NCBI GenBank assembly: GCA_942493065.1
Contig: OW818671.1
Span: forward strand, 766,104 to 830,103
Length of the DNA: 64,000 nt
From: an uncultured beta proteobacterium
Lineage (GTDB): Bacteria; Pseudomonadota; Gammaproteobacteria; Burkholderiales; Rhodocyclaceae
Reading direction: 5' to 3'
Shown here: piece after piece, positions 57,831 to 64,000 of the stretch
Layout of the letters: each line of letters opens with the position of its first letter
Numbering within the stretch: position 1 is the stretch's first letter
The notes under the pieces: model-generated
The model's database searches: none
What the model was told of the DNA's origin: nothing
The model's input: only the letters and a program-made list of their open reading frames with translations
Position numbers and translations under genes: made by a program

Positions 57831-57847
57831 CTGCGCGCTGGAAGCGT

Positions 57848-58633
57848 TCAGTGACCCGTGGGTTCGAAACGCTCGGCCAGAAAGATCTGCCGGGCAGTTT
57901 GACTCTGCAGGAACTTCAGGAAATCACGCACCTCCTCCTTGTTGGCGGACGACTTGAGGGGTGCAAGAAAGTAGCGAATCGGCTTGTGCAAGCGGGTGTC
58001 GATGGCAAAACTTTCTTTCAGATGCTGGTTGAGATTGGTGCGAAACAGGATGCCCGCCGTCCCCGTCTTTTTCTCGGCCAGGGATTCGGCCAGCAGGGTG
58101 ATGTTCTTTCGGGTCGCAATCTTGTCCTTGATCCGCCCCCACAAACCGGCGCTTTCCAGTGCTTCCTTGGCGTAACGACCAAACGGTGCCGTACTCGGAT
58201 CGCCGATCAGGATATCCGTCACTTGTTCGCTGGCCAGATCCTGCAGGTTGTTGAGCTGAAGCGGATTGACGCTCGCCACCGCAACCACGAGACGATTGCC
58301 CCACGGGCTGCTTACCTGCTCGCGGGCTACCAGGGTGTTTTCGACCGCAAAGTCCATCCACTCCTGATCGGCCGAAACGAAAATGTCGGCATGCAGCGCA
58401 CCGCCTCGCAAACCCTTGGCGAGCAGGCCGGACGATTTGCAGTTGTAGTCGATCTCGACCGGGGTGCTGGCCTGATAGGCCGCGCCGATCTTTTTCATGA
58501 CCTCGCAGGTGGAGTTCGCCAATGCCAGCCGGAGATGCTCAGCCAGCGCGGGTGGTGTAAGCACCAGGAACAGGAATAGTGTAGACAGCAGCCCGCGCCA
58601 GAAACGCGATGGCAATGGCGATAGCATTGGCAT
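57848..58633 (-). CDS. ModA-like (molybdate/oxyanion) periplasmic binding protein, orphan
   Basis: Signal peptide, SSGLLAK.L..GA..ADIFVSAD..WMD, GNRLVV, IGDP.TAPFGRYAKEAL. Confidence 0.8.
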   Translation of the reverse strand: MPMLSPLPSRFWRGLLSTLFLFLVLTPPALAEHLRLALANSTCEVMKKIGAAYQASTPVEIDYNCKSSGLLAKGLRGGALHADIFVSADQEWMDFAVENTLVAREQVSSPWGNRLVVAVASVNPLQLNNLQDLASEQVTDILIGDPSTAPFGRYAKEALESAGLWGRIKDKIATRKNITLLAESLAEKKTGTAGILFRTNLNQHLKESFAIDTRLHKPIRYFLAPLKSSANKEEVRDFLKFLQSQTARQIFLAERFEPTGH

Positions 58634-58706
58634 CTTGATCCCCCGATTATTTTTCTCGGGTGTCATGATGGCACATCTGCGCCCCAAGTTGGGGCGTCAT
58701 TTTCTT

Positions 58707-58730
58707 GCCGTCCTACCAGCGCCGACTTTT
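58707..58730 (-). repeat. Dispersed 24-bp motif copy 18 (abuts pgm TAA stop)
   Basis: + strand GCCGTCCTACCAGCGCCGACTTTT. Confidence 0.9.
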
Positions 58731-60348
58731 ACGTCAGCGCTGCCCCAACCATCTGCTGCGCTTCCATCACAATTTGCTGCAAATGCTCGGCACTCCTGAA
58801 ACTCTCGGCGTAGAGCTTGTAGATATCCTCAGTACCTGAGGGGCGGGCGGCGAACCAGCCATTTTCCGTGGTCACCTTCAGGCCGCCAATCGGTGCATCA
58901 TTGCCCGGTGCCCGAGTCAGCCGCGCCGTGATCGGCTCTCCGGCCAGCGTAGCGGCTGCCACCCGCTCGGGAGACAGTTTCTTGAAAGCAGCCTTCTGCG
59001 CCGCGCTCACCGGCGTATCGATGCGCAGGTAGTAGGGCGTGCCGTACTGGGCGGCCAGTTCCTGATAGTGCTGACCGGGGTCCTTGCCGGTGACGGCGGT
59101 GATCTCGGCGGCCAGCAGGGCGAGGATGATGCCGTCCTTGTCGGTCGTCCAGGCCTCGCCATCCCGGCGCAGGAAACTCGCGCCGGCGCTTTCCTCGCCG
59201 CCAAAGCAAACATCGCCATCAAGCAGGCCCTGTGAGAACCACTTGAAGCCCACCGGCACTTCATAGAGGCGCCTGCCCAAACTGTTCACCACCCGGTCAA
59301 TCAAGTCGGAAGAAACCAGCGTTTTGCCAATCGCCGCGCTTTCCGGCCACTGTGGCCGATGCGTTAGCAGGTAGCGAATCGCGACGGCCAGATAGTGATT
59401 CGGATTCATCAGGCCGACCGACGGCGTGACGATGCCATGACGATCCACGTCGGCATCGTTGCCCCAGGCGATGTCGAACTCGTCCTTGAGGCCGACCAGA
59501 CTGGCCATGGCATACGGGCTTGAGCAATCCATGCGGATCTTGCCATCGTGATCGAGCGTCATGAAGCCGAAAGCCGGATCGACCGTGGCATTCACCACCG
59601 CAATATCCAGCCCGTAGTGCGCGGCAATTGGCCGCCAGTAATGCACAGCCGCACCGCCCATTGGATCGACGCCGATGCGCACATTGGCGCGACGGATCGC
59701 CTCCATGTCGATGACCTCGCCCAGCGCGTTGATGTAAGGCGTCATCAGATCGACTGCATGCGTCGTCGGCGCGGTCAGTGCCTGATCGTACGGCAGGCGC
59801 TTGACGGCACGATTGCCCTCGGCCATCAGGGCATTGGCGCGCTGTTCTATCCAGCCGGTGACATCGGTATCGGCCGGGCCGCCATGCGGCGGGTTGTACT
59901 TGATCCCGCCATCCTGCGGCGGATTATGCGAAGGCGTAATCACCAGGCCATCGGCACGTGCCGCCGCCTGATCGGCATTGTGGGCAAGGATCGCTCGCGA
60001 AATCGTTGGCGTCGGCGTATAGCCATCATTGGCCTGCAGACGCACATCAACCTGATGGGCGGCCAGCACTTCCAACACACTTTGCTGCGCCGGGGCGGAC
60101 AAGGCGTGGGTGTCCTTGCCGAGGAACAGCGGGCCGGTAATCCCAGCCTGCGTCCGATACTCGCAAACGGCCTGGGCGATGGCGAGGATATGCGCTTCGT
60201 TGAAGCTGCCGTTGAGGGCCGAACCACGGTGGCCGCTGGTGCCAAAGGCAACAGGGTGCATCGCCGGCTGATGATAGGCGGCCAACAGGGCAGGAATGTC
60301 CGTCAGACAGTCAGCAGGAGCCGGCTGGCCGGCGAGTGGGTGAGCCAT
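58729..60348 (-). CDS. pgm: Phosphoglucomutase (alpha-D-glucose-1,6-bisphosphate-dependent)
   Basis: [54 protein letters not shown]. Confidence 0.95.
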   Translation of the reverse strand: MAHPLAGQPAPADCLTDIPALLAAYHQPAMHPVAFGTSGHRGSALNGSFNEAHILAIAQAVCEYRTQAGITGPLFLGKDTHALSAPAQQSVLEVLAAHQVDVRLQANDGYTPTPTISRAILAHNADQAAARADGLVITPSHNPPQDGGIKYNPPHGGPADTDVTGWIEQRANALMAEGNRAVKRLPYDQALTAPTTHAVDLMTPYINALGEVIDMEAIRRANVRIGVDPMGGAAVHYWRPIAAHYGLDIAVVNATVDPAFGFMTLDHDGKIRMDCSSPYAMASLVGLKDEFDIAWGNDADVDRHGIVTPSVGLMNPNHYLAVAIRYLLTHRPQWPESAAIGKTLVSSDLIDRVVNSLGRRLYEVPVGFKWFSQGLLDGDVCFGGEESAGASFLRRDGEAWTTDKDGIILALLAAEITAVTGKDPGQHYQELAAQYGTPYYLRIDTPVSAAQKAAFKKLSPERVAAATLAGEPITARLTRAPGNDAPIGGLKVTTENGWFAARPSGTEDIYKLYAESFRSAEHLQQIVMEAQQMVGAALT

Positions 60349-60444
60349 GGTAATCCTCCTTGATTGTCTGTTGCCTGAACAGGCAGACTTTATTGGTCAC
60401 TATTCTAGTCCTCGCCCTCACCGCAGTCAGGCTAGTCTAATGGG

Positions 60445-61320
60445 ATGAATGAAGGCACCTCCCTCGACGAGCAGCGTACGGCACAGGCCGAGGCACTGGC
60501 GCGCGCGGGTGCCGACGAACGCGCCAATCACGCCGCGCTGCAGCGCGAGGCGGCGCTTGAAGTCTTGCTGGCCGCAGCCGAAGAACGCACCCAGTCGGAA
60601 CGGCTGGCGGCCGAACAAGCGGCAGCACGCGCGGCCAACGAAGCGCAGGTGCGGCGTCTCGCCATCGACAAGGCGCGTGCCGAACAAACCGCCGAAGCGG
60701 CCCTGAAGGCACGGCTGGAAGCCGAGCAACATGCCTGTGCCGAGGCGCAGCGCAAGGAACAGGCACTGGCCGATCTGGCGGCAGCCTCGGCAGCACGCGC
60801 CAAACGCGAAGCCGACATCGTTGCACTGGAAAAGGAAAAGGCCGCCGCCGAGCGGGCCGCCATCCTTGCGGCACAGGAGCGCGTGCAGTCGGAGCAGGCG
60901 GCCGAAACGCTCGCCCTCACCAAGATCGCCATGGAAGAGGAAACCGCACGCCTGCTGGCGCATCGCCTCGTTGTCGAAAGAGAGGCGGCCGCTGCAGCTG
61001 CAGCACGCCAGCAGACCGAGGCCGAGCTTGAAACCGCCCGTCAGGCGCGCATGGACCTGGAGGGCGAACTGGATGCGCTGGCCACCCAGCGGCCAGAACC
61101 GGCCACGGTACCGACAGCCCCTCCCGCCATGATGACACCTGCCGCCCCGTCATCGCCGACTTTTGCCAAAGTCGGCTGGGGCAAGCTGGCCACCGGCGTA
61201 GCGCTGTGCACTGCGCTCGGACTCATCGTTGGCCTCTGGGTCAACGAAACACCGGCCCGCAAAAGGGCCGGCGTGGAACAGTTCAAACTCGACACGCGGC
61301 TGGCATCGCTGCGGCCCTGA
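60445..61320 (+). CDS. Ala/Glu-rich coiled-coil protein with C-terminal transmembrane helix
   Basis: ~230 aa of A/E/R-rich degenerate repeats, Pro-rich linker, then LATGVALCTALGLIVGLWV. Confidence 0.7.
   Translation: MNEGTSLDEQRTAQAEALARAGADERANHAALQREAALEVLLAAAEERTQSERLAAEQAAARAANEAQVRRLAIDKARAEQTAEAALKARLEAEQHACAEAQRKEQALADLAAASAARAKREADIVALEKEKAAAERAAILAAQERVQSEQAAETLALTKIAMEEETARLLAHRLVVEREAAAAAAARQQTEAELETARQARMDLEGELDALATQRPEPATVPTAPPAMMTPAAPSSPTFAKVGWGKLATGVALCTALGLIVGLWVNETPARKRAGVEQFKLDTRLASLRP
61141..61164 (-). repeat. Dispersed 24-bp motif copy 19 (degenerate, in coiled-coil gene)
   Basis: + strand GCCGCCCCGTCATCGCCGACTTTT; followed by an inverted core AAAGTCGGC. Confidence 0.65.
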
Positions 61321-61323
61321 GCT

Positions 61324-61518
61324 TTACGACTTATCCTTGATCGGGCAGGTATTCATGCCCAGCAGCGGGTAGAACGGGCAGAAGCCGAGCGCGCCGGTAG
61401 CCAGGGGAACGATGCCAATCCAGGCCCAGACGGGGCCGCCCATCAATGCCCAGGCGATCAGGGCCAGACCAGCGACGATGCGCAGAATTTTGTCGATACC
61501 GCCAACGTTTGCTTTCAT
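61324..61518 (-). CDS. DUF2892 (YgaP-like) small membrane protein
   Basis: MKANVGGIDK.LRIVAG, GIVPLATG...FCP.Y.LLG.NTCP. Confidence 0.9.
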   Translation of the reverse strand: MKANVGGIDKILRIVAGLALIAWALMGGPVWAWIGIVPLATGALGFCPFYPLLGMNTCPIKDKS

Positions 61519-61581
61519 GAGAATCTCCAAGGGTGGTTTGTGGAAGTGGCGCCATTTCAACACCTGCACCCCGGCACCGTC

Positions 61582-61597
61582 AGTAACCAAAGTCACA
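61582..61597. promoter_or_regulatory. Candidate Crp/Fnr-type operator upstream of DUF2892 gene
   Basis: AGTAA-CCAAAG-TCACA resembles TGTGA-N6-TCACA; adjacent to a Crp/Fnr gene. Confidence 0.45.
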
Positions 61598-61605
61598 TAG
61601 GGTGA

Positions 61606-62247
61606 TCAGGCTGAAAGTTTGCGCAGCCCCGCCGGATCAAGAATTTCGACTTGCTCCCGACCAAGCCGCACCAGACCCTGCTCGGCAAAACCCTTCAACA
61701 GGCGGCTGACCATCTCGCGCACACTGCCCAGCTCATCGGCGAGTTGCTGGTGTGTGGTCTGGAGCAGCTTGCCGCGCCCGAGCAACAGGTTGGCCAGGCG
61801 CTGGTCAAGCTTCTGGAAGGCCACCTCTTCCACCAGTTGCATCAATTCACTGATGCGTTCGGCAAACAACTGAAAGACGAAGATGCGGAATGGCACATGC
61901 GCCAACAGTTGATCGAAAGCCGGCTTGGGCAGGAAAACAAGCTCGGTGTCGCTCTCGGTAATGCCGCAGGCCCTGTAGTCGACTTGGCCGAGCAGGCAGC
62001 TTGAGGTCATGATGCAACTGTCGCCGGGCAGCACGCGATAGAGTGGCAGTTCACGGCCGTTGGCGCTACGCTTGACGACGCGGATGCCGCCGGCCAGCAC
62101 GAAAGGAAAACCCTGGCAGGGCTGGTGCTCGTCGAAGAGCAACGTACCCGCCGGCACAATCATGGTCTGCGCACCAGACAGCAGGCGCTGCGCCTCGCTG
62201 GATAAACCAGACAGTACCGGATAGAGCGCGTTCAGTTGAGTTGTCAT
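61606..62247 (-). CDS. Crp/Fnr family transcriptional regulator
   Basis: cNMP-like domain (LYRV.PGDSC), HTH THQQLADELGSVREMVSRLLK.F. Confidence 0.9.
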   Translation of the reverse strand: MTTQLNALYPVLSGLSSEAQRLLSGAQTMIVPAGTLLFDEHQPCQGFPFVLAGGIRVVKRSANGRELPLYRVLPGDSCIMTSSCLLGQVDYRACGITESDTELVFLPKPAFDQLLAHVPFRIFVFQLFAERISELMQLVEEVAFQKLDQRLANLLLGRGKLLQTTHQQLADELGSVREMVSRLLKGFAEQGLVRLGREQVEILDPAGLRKLSA

Positions 62248-62272
62248 GGCGCAGGACTATACCGCCCTGCAT

Positions 62273-62296
62273 GCCGTCCCGCGAGCGCCGACTTTC
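62273..62296 (-). repeat. Dispersed 24-bp motif copy 20 (intergenic)
   Basis: + strand (AT)GCCGTCCCGCGAGCGCCGACTTTC. Confidence 0.85.
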
Positions 62297-62425
62297 ACGG
62301 TGGCTTCATCCGCCGATCCGGCGCATCAGTCACCCTTCCCACTTGAGCGATTGATCAGGCTACTACTTTAGCTCTATCATTTGCCGTGCCGACTCACTTA
62401 ACACGACAATACGGACACCCAGCAT

Positions 62426-62869
62426 ATGGACAACGATAAAACAAGAAAACTGGCGCTGTCCATCCTGGATGACGGACAGGACAAATTTAATGCCATGCTT
62501 GGCATTGTCAGTCGAATCCGGGATGGCACCTACGAGATATTTGCTGTCTCTTCGGATACCGGGATTCCTGAGGTGGGAGACATCTATCCACTCAAGGCCG
62601 TCTATTGCAGGGAGGTTGCCCAAAGCAAGCGTACGGTTGCGATTACGGAGATAGACGGGATACCCGGTCTGCGCTTACACCCCCTGTATGACACCATTCC
62701 CTGCGAGTTCTACCTCAGCTCACCCATTCTCGTTGATGGCCAAGTATGGGGCACCTTGAACTATACGAGTCTTGAAAAGCGCTCGGCCCCGTTCTCGGCT
62801 GATGAGATTCGCTATAACGAAGTCAAAGCAATGATGATTGCCACGGCAATTGCAGAAAGTATCGGTTGA
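62426..62869 (+). CDS. Stand-alone GAF domain protein, atypically low GC
   Basis: GIVSRI....YEI, YC..V, YL..PILVDGQVWGTLNY.S..KR..PFS..E; GC near 50% in the lines counted. Confidence 0.75.
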   Translation: MDNDKTRKLALSILDDGQDKFNAMLGIVSRIRDGTYEIFAVSSDTGIPEVGDIYPLKAVYCREVAQSKRTVAITEIDGIPGLRLHPLYDTIPCEFYLSSPILVDGQVWGTLNYTSLEKRSAPFSADEIRYNEVKAMMIATAIAESIG

Positions 62870-62897
62870 GCTGAACAACCATTGAGGGCGGCCTGTC

Positions 62898-62921
62898 GCC
62901 GTCCTACCAGCGCCGATTTTT
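62898..62921 (-). repeat. Dispersed 24-bp motif copy 21 (abuts ferritin-like gene TAA stop)
   Basis: + strand GCCGTCCTACCAGCGCCGATTTTT. Confidence 0.88.
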
Positions 62922-63420
62922 ATACGCCGCCGCCGCGGTGCACCGTCTCGTAGTAGAGCTTTTCCAGTTCGAGTTTATGTTTCGTCTCTTCGCTGGCGAG
63001 GAAGACGAACAGGTCCTTGATTGGGCCCGCCGGTGCGGTTTGTGCCAGTTCGCCGTAATGCGACATGGCCGCGTGCTCACGGCCCATGGCGTATTGCAGC
63101 ACCGCCTGGTCGTCGGGGTTGTCGCCGAGGTCGGGCAGGTGCAAACAATCGGAAAACTTGCTGTCGGCCGCCGTGCGCTGGATTTCTTCCTTGACCTGTG
63201 CGGCAATGTCGGCGCGTTGCGCCAGCGCGCCGAACATATCGTAGTGGCGCTGTTCCTCGGCCGCCAGTTCTTCAACCAGGTAGCGAATGCGCTTGCTGAC
63301 CTTGGGAATCAGCGCCGTGTAGAAATCGCGCGCAACTTCCTCGAAATGCGTGGCCACCTCGAGAATTTCTTTCAGCGAGGTCTTGCCGCGCAAGCGATCG
63401 ATGCCGTGGCCTTCGGTCAT
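62920..63420 (-). CDS. Ferritin-like / rubrerythrin-family di-iron protein
   Basis: E..A.DFY..L, LAAEEQRH, AMGREH.A..HY..L, LASEE.KH duplicated ExxH motifs; start overlaps upstream stop. Confidence 0.85.
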   Translation of the reverse strand: MTEGHGIDRLRGKTSLKEILEVATHFEEVARDFYTALIPKVSKRIRYLVEELAAEEQRHYDMFGALAQRADIAAQVKEEIQRTAADSKFSDCLHLPDLGDNPDDQAVLQYAMGREHAAMSHYGELAQTAPAGPIKDLFVFLASEETKHKLELEKLYYETVHRGGGV

Positions 63421-64000
63421 TTCTGCACTCCTTGCGAAATGGCGGTGTGGATGCTCGCCGCAACACGATGGCCGTCCGCCACGGCCGACACCACATCCGG
63501 GCCACGCACCATGTCGCCGGCCGACCACAGCCAGGGTTCGCTGGTGCGCCCACCGGCATCCACCTGCAGGCGGCCGCGCTGCCAGACCAGCTGCTCGGTG
63601 AGCGCGTCGCCGAGGAGCGAGGTATCGGCCATCTGGCCGATCGCCTCGACCACCATCGTGCCCGGATGGAACTGCTCGTCCGTTTCGTCGTAGGTCGGCG
63701 CAAAGCGTCCCTGCTCGTCGAAGATGGCCTTCACTTTCCAGGTTTTCAGGCCCGCCACCGCGCCGTTCTCGATGACGACTTGTTGCGGACCGCGCGAATC
63801 GAGGATGACGACATTCTCCTCCCCCGATTCCTTGATTTCGTCTGCATCGGCGAGGAAGTGCGGCAGGTCTTCGAGCGCCGTCAGGATGACTTTCACTTCG
63901 CCATACTGTTTTTTCTGCAGGCGCGCCAGCGTGCGGGCGATGTCCATGGCGACGTTGCCGCCGCCGATCACCACGGCCTGACGCGGCGTGCCGATGTCTT
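63417..64000 (-). CDS. GltD/SudA-like FAD/NAD(P)-dependent oxidoreductase, C-terminal part (5' beyond window)
   Basis: AVVIGGGNVAMD.ARTL.R, VVEAIGQ, AGD.VRGP.VV.AVADG..VA..I. Confidence 0.82.
   Translation of the reverse strand, partial: DIGTPRQAVVIGGGNVAMDIARTLARLQKKQYGEVKVILTALEDLPHFLADADEIKESGEENVVILDSRGPQQVVIENGAVAGLKTWKVKAIFDEQGRFAPTYDETDEQFHPGTMVVEAIGQMADTSLLGDALTEQLVWQRGRLQVDAGGRTSEPWLWSAGDMVRGPDVVSAVADGHRVAASIHTAISQGVQK

Noticed and set aside
58-62921. The 24-bp motif as a CRISPR repeat, REP/BIME element or MITE
   Set aside because: Copies are kilobases apart with no spacer regularity and no cas genes. They are non-palindromic, single, often within coding frames, and lack terminal inverted repeats or target duplications.
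58-62921. The motif as a Chi- or KOPS-like polar signal (contains GCTGG)
   Set aside because: The 11:10 strand split in a 64-kb window argues against replication polarity, unless the window spans ori/ter, for which I see no evidence. It is also much longer than such octamers. Disfavoured, not formally excluded.
1-64000. tRNA, rRNA, IS elements, integrases, prophage genes
   Set aside because: None recognised in the sequence or ORF track.

Overview
GC-rich betaproteobacterial chromosome segment. Gene content and protein style suggest Rhodocyclales/Sterolibacteriaceae-like (inference). Most of it is housekeeping: a cobalamin uptake/salvage cluster under a B12 riboswitch, zapB-like/zapA/6S RNA, ubiE/J, phoBR, a long minus-strand run ribB(X)-ribH-nusB-thiL-pgpA-cinA-recA-recX-lptB-rpoN-hpf-ptsN-hprK, yccA/P-type ATPase, lemA/TPM, ribC, dsbD/cutA, csp/infA and pgm. 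I saw no transposase, integrase, tRNA, rRNA or CRISPR array. The standout is a non-palindromic ~24-25 bp motif, consensus AAAWGTCGGCGCTGGNNNGACGGCR, which I found by eye 21 times in 64 kb. Eleven copies are on + and 10 on -; 12 are inside unrelated genes (several reading frames) and 9 are intergenic. This distribution resembles the DNA uptake signals of Neisseriaceae and Pasteurellaceae, and one end (YGCCGTC) matches the start of the Neisseria DUS. An uptake role is only a hypothesis. Other notable items: an Anbu/ATP-grasp/alpha-E/transglutaminase-DUF2126 locus with sigma54 promoters; an operon of a pore-loop-altered ClpX paralog, a motif-degenerate DEAD-box protein and a B12 radical SAM enzyme; an orphan ModA-like protein paired with a GGDEF-EAL sensor; and a cluster of small genes with sigma54/sigma28-like promoters. 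Product calls come from motif and family recognition only; no database searches were run.
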